NCBI RefSeq assembly: GCF_001194135.2
Contig: NC_068992.1
Coordinates: 20,377,411 to 20,429,817 of the forward strand
DNA: 52,407 bases
Direction: 5' to 3'
Origin: Octopus bimaculoides
Lineage: Eukaryota
The notes under the pieces are model-generated. The model had not been told where the DNA came from, made no database searches, and saw nothing but the letters and a program-made list of their open reading frames with translations. Positions 26,087 to 39,544 of the stretch are shown piece by piece. Each line of letters opens with the position of its first letter. The first letter of the stretch is position 1. The position numbers and the translations under genes are program-made.

Positions 26087-27127
26087 TGTGTATGCTTGTG
26101 TGTGTATGTGTGCGTAAGACAAAATTGAGAACACTTCTTGCGTCGTCTTAGATTTATTACGAGTTTCTATTAGTTGGCAAAATGATATTACTAACACTAG
26201 TTTTTCTTCATACCATGCAAATAAGATAGAAACATGAAAACAGACGAACTAAAATAGAAAATAAATTGATATTAAAAACAATATAGTATCTATGCAGTTC
26301 AAGAATTTGGTTGTTTACGTGACACAATGAAAGATTTCATAGAAAAAATTATATAAAAATTTTCGTGCAAAGTATTTCAATTTCAGCTTAATGCAGATAT
26401 TCTGCCAAAATATCCATTGAAATAATAGTTGCATTCTTTCTTCAGTTCTTTCTTTTCATTTATTTTTCAATATCAAATTTTTAACGTATATCTTCTGATC
26501 GTGCATTTACTTTCCCTGGTGTCTTGCGTTTATCTATTTGTAGGTATAGAGAGAAAATTAAAAAAACTAGTTGGGTTTCTATTTGCTGAAAAAACAAAAT
26601 GCTAATTTAGATATTGTGTATATGATGTATATATTTATATTTTGTAAGTTATATACTGTATTTTTTTTTTATCAAAAATTTCAGTCCTATGAATGAGAAT
26701 GGATTATAGCTGAATCATTTTAAAACGTAAAGCAAAATAAATAAATAAATAAATATAATAAACAATCATGTTTAAATCAATGAAAGAAGTGTGAGGTTAC
26801 AAAATAGTGTACGTGAGCTTGTAGTTTATGAAAACTTCTCAACGAATTACTTATTGTATAAAACCACAGGGAGACACTTATAAAAGTTACTCAATACATA
26901 AAACCACAAACAACAAAACACTAAAACGATATCATCGGAAGGAGACAACTATCAATGAAACATTCATTTCCGCACCTTATCCTATCTACATCTTACTTCA
27001 TTTAGGATAATAATCACTAATTTTTCAAATAACGAGGCAGATAAGAATAGCCATAAGGTAAGCATTGAAATACTATATATCATGCATTGCGGGTTATTCA
27101 TTGTCATTACGCTTTACTCCGTGAATA

Positions 27128-27346
27128 AAGGCGATGTGTTGGCAGAGCTGTTAGCAAGCTAAGCAAGATGATCAGCTGTATTTCGTCCGTCTTTGCATTC
27201 TGAGTTCAAATTACGCCGAGATTGCCTTCGCCTTTCATCTTCTACGTGTCCATATAATAGGTGCCATTTGAAAACTGGGGTCAATGTAACCTACTTGACC
27301 CCTTCCACCGAAATTGATGGACTTGTGCCAAAATGTGAAACGGGCA
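27128..27346 (+). mobile_element. SINE family B with 14-bp TSD (1 mismatch)
   Basis: ttactccgtgaata 27114-27127 versus ttactctgtgaata 27347-27360; family B body between them. Confidence 0.88.
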
Positions 27347-28899
27347 TTACTCTGTGAATATTGTAAGCATATTGAGAGAATATTTACGCCATTTGAACAA
27401 CTGTAAACCGTGATTCTAGAGTGCAGTAAACAATATCGTTCTAGAGGGTATTTGTTTCTGTAATATCAAGTGTATGTATAGCTACGTGGATTACTGTAAT
27501 ACTAAGAGGCTTCATTTTCGATCATACAGATCGTTTCATATGTCTATAACATAGCCTCGGACTGACTAATAAGGTGAGTGTTAAATAAGGAAGTTAAAAG
27601 TCTTAAAGTGACCCCTCATACCCAACATGTACATTTTCATACTGATAAGGCAAATACATACACGCATATAAGTAAATGTATGTGAGTGTGTGTTCGTATG
27701 AGTGTGCGTGCATGCATATGTATCGCTCTCTCTCTCCCTCTTTCACTCTCTTATGTGTACATATATATACATACAATCATATATATATATATATATANNN
27801 NNNNNNNNNNNNNNNNNNNNNNNNNNNNNNNNNNNNNNNNNNNNNNNNNNNNNNNNNNNNNNNNNNNNNNNNNNNNNNNNNNNNNNNNNNNNNNNNNNNN
27901 NNNNNNNNNNNNNNNNNNNNNNNNNNNNNNNNNNNNNNNNNNNNNNNNNNNNNNNNNNNNNNNNNNNNNNNNNNNNNNNNNNNNNNNNNNNNNNNNNNNN
28001 NNNNNNNNNNNNNNNNNNNNNNNNNNNNNNNNNNNNNNNNNNNNNNNNNNNNNNNNNNNNNNNNNNNNNNNNNNNNNNNNNNNNNNNNNNNNNTATATAT
28101 ATATTAATAATAATTGTATGACAACAAAAGAATGAATGTGACCTCGATATTACGTAAATAGTGGAATTTATCTGTAATATAATATGTAACAATTATTTAG
28201 TTGCCATAATAAAACTCCGAGTTTCGGATGTCGAGTATAACAATACTCAAACTGTTATGCTTACATTTGACAGATGTCTTGATAGGAATGTGCCACCAAT
28301 ACTCCTTGTAATGATGCTTATGTTTGTATTCAAAAACAAATAGTTCTGTACATTGATTCCAGGACAGTCTTTTGATTTCGGAAAGGCATTGTATAATGTT
28401 TTTAGGGACAACGTCGTGTCGCATATGGAGGTAGTAATTTGATGACATTTTTGGGCAGGTACTAATAATGTGTGTGATGTGTTACATATAAATGTGACAT
28501 AATCGACATTGTTAATTGCATCTTGGCCCTTCAAGCGCCTCACTGTCAGCTTTGTTTGCTAGCTAATTTGTAGAAGTCTCCTGCTATTGGATTGCAAATT
28601 GAAAGGTCACGAGTCCAAGTAAGACTACACTTTACAGCAATAATACTGTCTTCATGAAGTCTTTAGGAAACATACCAATATATAGTCTTTTTTAAAAAAA
28701 CCTCTGGAATATGAGCTGTACAGTTAGTGCCATGGCATGATATTTTTCCTCCCACAAATGCAGTAAACATTTTAAAGTCCTACTCTTACAGCCAACCATT
28801 TGTAATATAGAATTTGTAAAGACAACTAAAAGAATAATCGGTATCTGACTTGTCCCAGTTCAAGTTTTGTAAGACAGAATGCCATGATCATTTACATAC

Positions 28900-28966
28900 C
28901 TACAACACTCCAGACAATTACAGCATGATCAATGTCGGCAGCAGTAATACAAAGAACACCATATGT
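28900..28966 (-). CDS. Candidate exon (TYGVLCITAADIDHAVIVWSVV), loosely WD40-repeat-like
   Basis: Donor TAG|GTATGT; acceptor tctcacaatag|. The D-x-x-V-I-V-W pattern resembles a WD40 repeat end. The stronger upstream acceptor (exon start 29091) gives stops in all frames. Confidence 0.2.
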
Positions 28967-30059
28967 CTATTGTGAGATTGCTTCAAGTCAATGAAACTTG
29001 AGTTCCCCTCAGAGGAAGGAATTTTTACTCATAAATTAATATTCTCAAATGAATTGTTTACATTTTGATTCATGATTTTGAACACTTGTTCCTACATAAA
29101 AATCGATAAATAAAAGGAATAGAAAAATATATTCAAGACAGCACAATGCGTTAGGATTTTATGAGAACAGAAATCTATGATGTAGCAGTTATACATTCAA
29201 CCATCTGTTTTGTTTTTTTTTAATTTTTCCATGTTTCGACTGCAAATATCTTTTAAATCAAAGTGATGCTACCTCCTTTCTCTCTACATGCACCGAAGTC
29301 TTGATGAATTTGCGAAAAAGATACATGTATTAAACATGATAGAAATATTTGTAACGCGAACAGCAGAAAAGATCCAGACGAAATATACAAGGAGAAGTCT
29401 AATATAATTGTGTGAATTATATACAATGATGTACCTTCTGCAGGATATATGCAGTAGATGCAGTAGATGCAGTCATGACTAACCGGATGCCAATTGTTTG
29501 CGATGATCTGGTACATTATTCTGATATGATTCTTTATTCTGACTTTTATGCCGGGAATGTTCTCATGCATAATAAAATGTAATCATATATATTTGAATAT
29601 CATAAAAGAAAGCCTCATTATAAAAATATGCATACTGACGGTTTCGGTTAAATCAACAGAAATTAAATATAAAATAACACATTGAATCAATGAAACAAAC
29701 CAAATTTATTCATATTGCATTATGCTAAATTGAAAATAGAAAATATTTACATTATATAGATATTTAATGCAAATAATCGTAAGTTTAAACGTGATGATAT
29801 ACTCTTCCACGTTATAAATATTTCAAATTATACAATAATTTCAATTTTTTTCAATTATTAGGTATCATCATAAGTAAACTCATAAAAAAACGAAGCACAT
29901 GACTTCGATTGATGTACATGTATATTGTTAATATTGTTATTGTTCTCGGAAATAACATTTTGCTTTCATTTTTTTCAATCGTTTTATACATCCTGTCATT
30001 AAATGGAGAATTGATGTAAGACTTAACCTGCCTTTCACTCTCCAGAAATACATGCTGTA

Positions 30060-30870
30060 AAATGTTAACCTCGGCGGAATTTGAACTCAGAACGTAAAGA
30101 CGGACGAAATACCGTTAAGCATTTTGTCTGGTGTGTCAATAATAATAATAATGCTTTCTACTATAGGCACAAGGTCCGAAATCTTGGGGAAAGGCTAATT
30201 GATTACATAGCCCTAATATTCAACTGGTACTTATTATTTTTTTGTCTACTCTGGACAAAAGGCCCGAGATTTTGGGGGAGGCACCAGTCGATTAGACCGA
30301 CCCCAGTACGCAACTGGTACTTATTTTTTGTCGACCCTGAAAGGATGAAAGGCAAAGTCGACCTCTGCTGAATTTGAACTCAGAACGTAAAGGCAGACGA
30401 AATACCGCTAAGTATTTCGCCCGGCGTGTTAACATTTCTTATTTCTTTACTGCTCACAAGGGGCTAAACATAGAGGAAACAAAACAGGGACACACAAAGA
30501 GATTAAATCGATTACATCGACCCCAGTGCGTAACTGGTACTTGATTTATCGACCCCTAAAGGATGAAACGCAAAGTCGATCTCGGCGGAATTTGAACTCA
30601 GAGCGTAGCGGCAGACGAAATACCGCTAAGCATTTCGCCCAGCGTGCTTACGTTTCTGCCAGCTCGCCGCCTTTCCTAGTACTCAATTCCTTCTCTACTC
30701 TAGGCACAAGGCCCGAAAGTTTTGGGGAAGGCTACTAGTCTTAATATTTAACTGGTACTTATTTTATTGGATCTGAAGGAATGAAAGGCTAAGCTGACCT
30801 CAGTAGAATTTGAACTCAAAACGTAAATAGAGACAAAATACCACTAGGCATTATTTTCGGCGGGTCAACA
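30060..30870 (-). mobile_element. Cluster of same-orientation family B SINE units, including a dimer at about 30245-30672
   Basis: gaatttgaactca motif occurs four times; repeated aactggtacttatt and cacaaggcccga segments. Confidence 0.9.
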
Positions 30871-32153
30871 ATCATAATAAGCTATTCGAACAGCAGCAAA
30901 GATCACAAATTTAGCAAAAGAAATGATACACACAATTGACTGTTAATAAGGGAAAATGAAACGCAAAGTTAACCATGGAAGGCTTTCAAGGGAAGTGATA
31001 TGATCTTCAGGTATAGCGTATGTGTGTAATATGGCAATCTTTTTTTTTTTTGTATCTTTTATCTTTTACCCTTTACGTATTTCAGTGGTTTGCATTCCGC
31101 CACACTTGAGTACCGCATTGATGGTGGGGATTTGACCTCTGAATATAAAAGGACAGAACTAATCCCAATCACATCATTTGCAGGATGCCATATCACCCTT
31201 CGCTGAAGGCACTAAGTTATTTTTAATATTGGAGAAAAACCACACATTAAGCTGCAGAAAATATGAAATTAAATGGAACCCACTAATTAATTCCTGCTTC
31301 TGTTAGTAACAGAACGATAAAAAGTAAATTTGACCGCAGAATGAATTAGCATGACGATACAAAACGATGAATAAATACCTTAAAACTACCTTAATGTCCG
31401 TACGCTAATTTTCTGTTAATGTCCATATTTAATTTAGAAGAAATTCTGCCAGCTCTATATGAGAAAAAATCCAATTTCGTGGGAGGTAAATCGAGTAACG
31501 AATTATCATGAAAAGTTGTATTGCTTTAATAGACATGAATATTCAACTAGTACTTAGTTTATTGAAATCGGAATAATAATATCATGTGATTTTTACATGG
31601 ACGTTATTTCTTCTTTGTCTCTTGTTATATTAAATACGAATACGAGAAAAGTAATTAATTGTAAACTAGCAGTATTTACAGAGAAAGAACAAGATTGAAT
31701 CACATGCTCCCCTTATTAAAATAAATAAATAAATAAAACGCAAAACGTTATAATTTCAGCGCTTTTCTTATTTTTTTAATAATATGAATACTGAATGATG
31801 TGCTGTGTCAATAGGAAAATGGCGACAGTTGTCTCTGCGACATAAAAAAAAAAAAGGACTTTTATGACTATTTAATCCTAGTAATGCCAGTAAACACCTT
31901 AGCAACATAGTAATGTATTTCTCAGAGTTTGCTCTGTCTGTGTTGAAAAATGCCATCAAATCTGTTAACTCGCCTTCTCTCTTCATGAATGAAAAATAAT
32001 ATGTACTTAGCGAAAGTGAAGCAACGAAATACGCAAGATTACTACCACCCATGCAAAAGTCGTTGCAGTTTTCATTTGTACGCTAGAAAGAACAGCTATA
32101 ACTTCCTCAATTTATATCTCACTTTCCAGAAGAACACAGCAGGGTGTACTTAC

Positions 32154-32195
32154 GGCTACTGTGACTTTAATCATAAATATGTCCTTTAAGGCCTC
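32154..32195 (-). CDS. Candidate 42-nt symmetric microexon (EALKDIFMIKVTVA)
   Basis: Donor GCC|GTAAGT; acceptor tttttccgtatctctaaag|; phase 0-0 and open. Confidence 0.2.
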
Positions 32196-32332
32196 CTTTA
32201 GAGATACGGAAAAATAGTAACAACAGAAGTAGTAATGTTGCAATGTCTTTCACGTAAAAATGTAATAGGACATTTTTCATACTTTGTAATATAAATGTTA
32301 TATGTATCAACTTTTAATAAATAATAGACGAA

Positions 32333-32740
32333 GGTGGCGAGGTGGCAGAAACGTTAGCACGCCGAGCGAAATGATTTGCGCTATTTTGTCTGCTGTTACG
32401 TTCTGAGTTCAAATTCCGCCGAGGTTGACTTTGCTTTTCATCTTTTCGGGGTCAATAAATTAAGTACCAGTTGTGCATTTGGGTCGATGTAATCGACTGA
32501 ATCCTTTTGCATGTCCTTGTTTGTCCCCTCTATGTTTAGCCCTTTGTGGGCAATACAGAAATAAGAAACGTAAGCACGCCGGGAGAAATGCTTAGCGTCT
32601 GCCTTTACGTTCTGAGTTCAAATTCCGCGGAGGTCAACTTTGCCTTTCATAAAATAAGTACAAGTCGCGTACTGGGTTCGATCTAATCGATTAGCCCCGC
32701 TCTCCAAAAATTTCAGGCCTTGTGCCTAGAGTAGAAAAAA
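32333..32740 (+). mobile_element. Dimeric family B SINE
   Basis: Two head-to-tail monomers, each with gttctgagttcaaattccgc; possible degenerate TSD ataatagacg / ttaatatacg. Confidence 0.9.
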
Positions 32741-32761
32741 AAATTAATATACGGATAAATG

Positions 32762-32950
32762 CAGGTAGTGAACTGGCGGAATCATTACCGCGCCGAGAAA
32801 ATGCATAGAGGCATTTCTTCCATTGAGTTCACATGTCATCGGAGTTGACTCTACTTTTCGTGGTCGATAAAATAATTAGCAGTTGAATACTTATGCAATC
32901 GATTTACTCCCGGCCCTGAAATTCGATGCCTTGTGCAAAAATTTGAAACC
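32762..32950 (+). mobile_element. Old family B SINE
   Basis: gaactggcggaatcatt...gtcgataaaataa...ccttgtgcaaaaatttgaaacc. Confidence 0.7.
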
Positions 32951-35900
32951 CAAATGTCTCAATAGTTATACACCCAAGAGCCTGATCTATTATCTGTCAT
33001 AGCTCCACATTTCTCTTTTCTTCTTTCCTACTCTTCTTCCTTCTCGTCCGCATTTTTCTTATACTTATCCTCCTTTTTCTTCTTCATCCTCCCTCTTCTT
33101 GTTTTCTTTTATTCCACTTATTCCTCCATCTTTACCGTTCCTATTTATTGTATGATTTCTGATGTGAAATCGTGTGTTGAATACTGAATATTGTTTATAT
33201 TTGAATATTGTTTATATTTCGGGCTGGTCCTTTTTTTTTTTTTTGTTAAATTAACACACACACACTATATACTCGTATGTAGCCCATTTAGAGAATGGAT
33301 GAAATTCAAAACAGAACAGGAGGAGACGTGGGATGGAAAGTCACTGAACAGGTCACATGATCTGTATCGAAAGACTTTAAACGAAGGACACTGAAATAAG
33401 AACAATAATAAATCTAAAGTGAAGGTTGAATATATAGTACGTGTGTTCATTAGGTAAAAAAAAATTAGCATCCAGAAATAAATGTATTTATCTATATATT
33501 TATATGTTTGCCTTCGTGTAACCTTCCTTAGGTGTTGAGACATTGCTGCAACTAGTCACTAAATGAAGCGATCTTAAGAAATAAAAGAATCAAAGCAAGA
33601 GATGTTAGACACAGCCGTAAACATCACACGCGCCAGAATAAAAGTAACTACATAGTTCAATACGAGGAAATATTTACAATCAAAGTAGAGGAGTGTTTTA
33701 TGTGGCAAGTACTTTCACATGAACATCACAAACTTCATCTCAATTCGTCTAAACGAGATATCTGTTCACTGAATGTACTGTAACGAATGAATATTTGTAT
33801 ATATGTGTGAAGATATATATGTATATATAGANNNNNNNNNNNNNNNNNNNNNNNNNNNNNNNNNNNNNNNNNNNNNNNNNNNNNNNNNNNNNNNNNNNNN
33901 NNNNNNNNNNNNNNNNNNNNNNNNNNNNNNNNNNNNNNNNNNNNNNNNNNNNNNNNNNNNNNNNNNNNNNNNNNNNNNNNNNNNNNNNNNNNNNNNNNNN
34001 NNNNNNNNNNNNNNNNNNNNNNNNNNNNNNNNNNNNNNNNNNNNNNNNNNNNNNNNNNNNNNNNNNNNNNNNNNNNNTATATATATATACATATATATAT
34101 ATATTATATATATACATATATATCTATATAAAATATATATATAAACACGATAAACCACATACGATTTATATATGATGCAAGTAATTTTACGCCTAGTGTC
34201 GTAAGATAATCGGTCCATAAACTTACTTTTCTCATAGACTTCATGATTAAGCTCCAAATTAAAGCTAGAACTAAGATGGCACGATACATTTAAGTATAAA
34301 TGATTATGCACAACACAACGTCTAATAGAAAACGTTAAAACAATTCAAGCATTACAAAACTTCGCTCTAAAAAGCACTCTGGTAATTCACTTCATGTAGA
34401 GAAAAGGAAAGGGTTCCCCACGATGTGTTTTGCCATTCATTCAAGGACAAATATTTCCATATTCTAGAAGCTTTACATGAATAAATAGAGCACTCCTTGT
34501 TGAAATAAACCAAGACAAACTTATTTTACATGGTTAGAATAGCTTGTATGCCGACCGTTCATCAGCAGTGTTATTAAATAAATATAATAATTAATAACAG
34601 TGTATTTAGTTATATTTATTATTTCGCAGAGCAGCCTTGAAATTTTGACTAATTATGCTTTCTAATATTTCATTTTCCAAATAAAAGAGATGATTACGGT
34701 CGTATTCGTGCCTTGAACAGATCAGCAAATATAGTCGCGCTATAACTTGTAGAATTATTAGCTGCTGAATGAATAATTATATATAAATGTATACCTACTT
34801 CTATACTGCTTATGATAAGCATATTTTGATATCACTTGATGATAGACGCTAAATTTATATGTAATAAATAAGTAATATTAATATTCAGGTATAACTTGCA
34901 ATCCACGGGCATACATGTGCATCTCAAAAGGTTGTTATATATTCATTCCTCCATATACGTATCCATGAAATTATCAAAGATGTCCCAAGAAGGAGTTCAT
35001 ATGTGTATTCGTCATACGTAACTTGTTATCATTATTTCGATAAGATATTGTGAAAGAAGAAGCGGGATATATATCAATTCGTTTCACATATAGTGAAATA
35101 TATCAATGATGTTATATGTGGATATATATCTTTCTAGGTTTCTGTGTATATGTATAAAAGAACATAAGTGTGGATATGCACAGTTACACATACACACACG
35201 TGTGAGTGGCTGTGTATGAATAGCATTCATAAAAATATTTTTACATTGGCATTCCAGCCTATTATGATGTTATGATTGACTATTTAAATGTTGATTCCGT
35301 CACGTAAATTCACAAGATTTGATTGTTCTAGCATCAGACTTCCTAATATTGCAGAAGATTCAAGGAAATATAAAACGCCCGGTATATCATAATTGCTGCA
35401 AGGAGACACACAAAATCATAATAAAGATAGTCGTAGTATACCAATGTAAAATATATATACACACATTAGTAAGCACACGCTGGCAACACGCAGCTGGAAG
35501 CACATGCAAACATGCACGTATTTGCATAAACGAACAAATATTTGGGCACAATGATGTATGTTGCTATGTGTATTTTAACAATTGTCTTTGTTATAATCGT
35601 TTTTAGGTTTGCGCATGTACGCGAATATATATGTGAATGTTTATATATATATACATACATACATACATACATATATATATATATATANNNNNNNNNNNNN
35701 NNNNNNNNNNNNNNNNNNNNNNNNNNNNNNNNNNNNNNNNNNNNNNNNNNNNNNNNNNNNNNNNNNNNNNNNNNNNNNNNNNNNNNNNNNNNNNNNNNNN
35801 NNNNNNNNNNNNNNNNNNNNNNNNNNNNNNNNNNNNNNNNNNNNNNNNNNNNNNNNNNNNNNNNNNNNNNNNNNNNNNNNNNNNNNNNNNNNNNNNNNNN

Positions 35901-36801
35901 NNNNNNNNNNNNNNNNNNNNNNNNNNNNNNNNNNNNNNNNNNNNNNNNNNNNNNNNNNNNNNNNNNNNNNNNNNNNNNNNNNNNNNNNNNNNNNNNNNNN
36001 NNNNNNNNNNNNNNNNNNNNNNNNNNNNNNNNNNNNNNNNNNNNNNNNNNNNNNNNNNNNNNNNNNNNNNNNNNNNNNNNNNNNNNNNNNNNNNNNNNNN
36101 NNNNNNNNNNNNNNNNNNNNNNNNNNNNNNNNNNNNNNNNNNNNNNNNNNNNNNNNNNNNNNNNNNNNNNNNNNNNNNNNNNNNNNNNNNNNNNNNNNNN
36201 NNNNNNNNNNNNNNNNNNNNNNNNNNNNNNNNNNNNNNNNNNNNNNNNNNNNNNNNNNNNNNNNNNNNNNNNNNNNNNNNNNNNNNNNNNNNNNNNNNNN
36301 NNNNNNNNNNNNNNNNNNNNNNNNNNNNNNNNNNNNNNNNNNNNNNNNNNNNNNNNNNNNNNNNNNNNNNNNNNNNNNNNNNNNNNNNNNNNNNNNNNNN
36401 NNNNNNNNNNNNNNNNNNNNNNNNNNNNNNNNNNNNNNNNNNNNNNNNNNNNNNNNTATATATAAATATTTGTATGTTTGTATGTACAGGACACGACAGC
36501 ATGTATATGACACGTCTAAGCCGAACCACACACGCCACACACATACGCAGACACCACATACACAAAATGAATATCTGTATATACATTTACATATATGTAT
36601 TTGCATACATATATGTATGTGAACATTTTCATACTTGTTTACGTACACATGTAGTGATGTGTTGAGGCGATTGCGTATGTCTGTGCTGGGGTATATGGGA
36701 GTGCCTGCTCTATGATTTATTGTATTCAATGAAGCAAATGTGATAGAAAAATCGATATTATATATATACTTAGATAGATATGTATAGACACACATACACG
36801 G

Positions 36802-36852
<51 letters not shown>

Positions 36853-37339
36853 TAAATATATATCTTGCAATCAAATACCTGAAAGATACATGTATACACA
36901 CACACACACACACACGCACACACACCCACACGCACATATGCATATGTAGCCTGAATTTTATATTCGTTGCAAGGTATGAAAGCATAGAATTATGAAAAAA
37001 TTATATCACATAGAAATCACCTGAAGCCATAATTTTCCCCATCATCAATAATTTGTGAGAATACACAAATCGCTTCGAGAATTATATATTCAGATTCCGT
37101 ATTCATACACACATACACACACATAACTTGAAGAAAGCATATANNNNNNNNNNNNNNNNNNNNNNNNNNNNNNNNNNNNNNNNNNNNNNNNNNNNNNNNN
37201 NNNNNNNNNNNNNNNNNNNNNNNNNNNNNNNNNNNNNNNNNNNNNNNNNNNNNNNNNNNNNNNNNNNNNNNNNNNNNNNNNNNNNNNNNNNNNNNNNNNN
37301 NNNNNNNNNNNNNNNNNNNNNNTATATATATATATACAT

Positions 37340-37356
37340 ATAGATAGATAGATAGT

Positions 37357-37410
<54 letters not shown>

Positions 37411-37706
37411 TATGTGTGCCTGTCTATCGATCCGTCTGTTTGTCTGTTTACATATCTATATAACTATTTATCTATGTATCTCTATCTATCAATCAATCTA
37501 TCAATCTACTTATTCGCCTATCTCTCTCTCTCTCTCTCTCTCTCTGTTCATATATATACAGAGAGAATGAGAGATAGATAGAGAGAGAGGGAGGAGAGAG
37601 AAGGGAGAGATGGAGGGATAGACAGATACATAGATATTTAATTAGAAAAGAATATGTCTGAGTATTCCTGTATGTTTGATGTTTTTATATTTCTCTTTCT
37701 CTTTCG

Positions 37707-37737
<31 letters not shown>

Positions 37738-37800
37738 TCTTTTCTTCCTCGATCTCTTTCTCCTCCCCTTCCCCTCACTATGTTTCTTCCCATCCCCTAT
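37340..37800. repeat. (GATA)n, (CTAT)n, (CT)n and (GA)n compound tract
   Basis: Directly visible. Confidence 0.9.
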
Positions 37801-37914
37801 TCACTTCCTCATCTCCACCTTCTTCATAGTCTCAGTATTCTTCCCATCTTCCCATCGATCTTTTTACCACAGGAACTTGTAAACCGATTCTTCGATATAC
37901 CTTAAACATTTTCG

Positions 37915-38095
37915 GGAAACGCATCATCATTTTTTATTGCTTGCAACTCCAGATTTTCTTTCATCTTTGTCTCACCTTCTTTTCCTTCATGTAAAAGTCA
38001 TGCACATCCTTTACAAGAACCTGCACCATTCCCCATCCTGCTCATAGTTTAATATCTTCCTCCACTCGCATGACAGTGACTTGCCTTCCAAAGTT
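37915..38095 (-). mobile_element. Possible RTE-LINE 3' end remnant
   Basis: Degenerate VKDVHDFYMKEKKVRQR*KKIWSC followed by an (atg)n tail, resembling RTE C-termini. Confidence 0.3.
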
Positions 38096-38127
38096 TCTAC
38101 TTCTAGCAGTTACATGGCAACTTCAAT

Positions 38128-38325
38128 TGTGTCGGTGGCATGCAAAAGCAGTCGGTCTACGTTGTACATTGTTTGCAGTTAGGAAGGTCATCCAGCTGTA
38201 GAAATCATATCAAAATAGATCTTGGAGCGAGGAGCAGTCCCAGAAAACATCGTATCATGTCAGACTATTCGATCTATGCTATCAAGGAATGCAGACGTTC
38301 AAAGCCATACTTGCTGCTGCTGCTG
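38128..38325 (+). mobile_element. Retroposon 3' segment (ggtggca...gttaggaagg.catccagctgtagaaa...) ending in a trinucleotide tail
   Basis: Matches my recollection of a common octopus retroposon tail; ends (gct)n. Confidence 0.55.
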
Positions 38326-38642
38326 GCTGGAAGCTGAAAAGTGCCTGCTTCCCAACAACATTGTTCCGGGTTCACTCTCACTGACTGACACCTTGAGCAA
38401 GTGTCTCTTACTTTGGTTTGGGCCAACCAAAGCCTTGTGAGTGGATTTGGTAGACGGAAACTGAAAAAAAGCCCTTAGTATATGTATATATATATATATG
38501 TGTGTGTGTGTGCGTGTGTGTGTGTGTGTGTATGCATATGTATACGTGTGTATGTCTTTGTGTTCGTCCGCAACAGCGCTTGACAGCCGGTGTTGGTGTA
38601 TTTATGTCCCTGTAACTTTGCAGTTTGGCAAAAACATCGAGA
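38325..38642 (+). mobile_element. SINE family A, diverged copy
   Basis: ccgggttc...ccttgagcaagtgtc...gccttgtgagtggatttggtagacggaaactgaa, internal microsatellite, cgcttgacagccggtg. Confidence 0.85.
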
Positions 38643-38825
38643 TATAGCCATAACAATAACCATAACACGTGCGTAATAATGTTGAGAACTGAAAGCGCTT
38701 GGCCATTTATTTAAGCCTACACACAATTTGTGAAATTCCTTCCCATAGGTTAGTGTCAGTCTGCTCTCTGCCCAAAAGAACTCCTTCTCTAAATATTACA
38801 ACTCTAACAAATTATTTCCTAAATA

Positions 38826-38858
<33 letters not shown>

Positions 38859-38886
38859 ACTCTCTCTCTCTCTCTTTCTCTCTCTC

Positions 38887-38932
<46 letters not shown>

Positions 38933-39296
38933 NNNNNNNNNNNNNNNNNNNNNNNNNNNNNNNNNNNNNNNNNNNNNNNNNNNNNNNNNNNNNNNNNNNN
39001 NNNNNNNNNNNNNNNNNNNNNNNNNNNNNNNNNNNNNNNNNNNNNNNNNNNNNNNNNNNNNNNNNNNNNNNNNNNNNNNNNNNNNNNNNNNNNNNNNNNN
39101 NNNNNNNNNNNNNNNNNNNNNNNNNNNNNNNNNNNNNNNNNNNNNNNNNNNNNNNNNNNNNNNNNNNNNNNNNNNNNNNNNNNNNNNNNNNNNNNNNNNN
39201 NNNNNNNNNNNNNNNNNNNNNNNNNNNNNNNNNNNNNNNNNNNNNNNNNNNNNNNNNNNNNNNNNNNNNNNNNNNNNNNNNNNNNNNNNNNNNNNN

Positions 39297-39460
39297 CTTG
39301 ACAACCGATGCTGGTGTGTTTACGTCGCCGTAACTTAGCGGCTCGACAAAAGAGAGAACGATAGAATAAGTACTAGGCTTACGAAGAATAAGTCCTGGGT
39401 CGATTTGCTCGACTAAAAGCGGTGCTCTAGCACGGCCGCAGTCAAATGACTGAAACAAGG
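39297..39460 (+). mobile_element. SINE family A 3' half
   Basis: cttgacaaccgatgctggtgtgtttacgtc...gcagtcaaatgactgaaacaag; starts at a gap edge. Confidence 0.9.
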
Positions 39461-39544
39461 AAAAAAGGTAAAAAAAAAAGAGTAAATATATAATTATAAT
39501 TGTATTTTATACTTATTACATATATACAGCTTATATTGTTGGGA

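Noticed and set aside
31816-31842. AAAATGGCG (YY1-like / start context)
   Set aside because: Opens only an 8-codon ORF and has no other promoter features.
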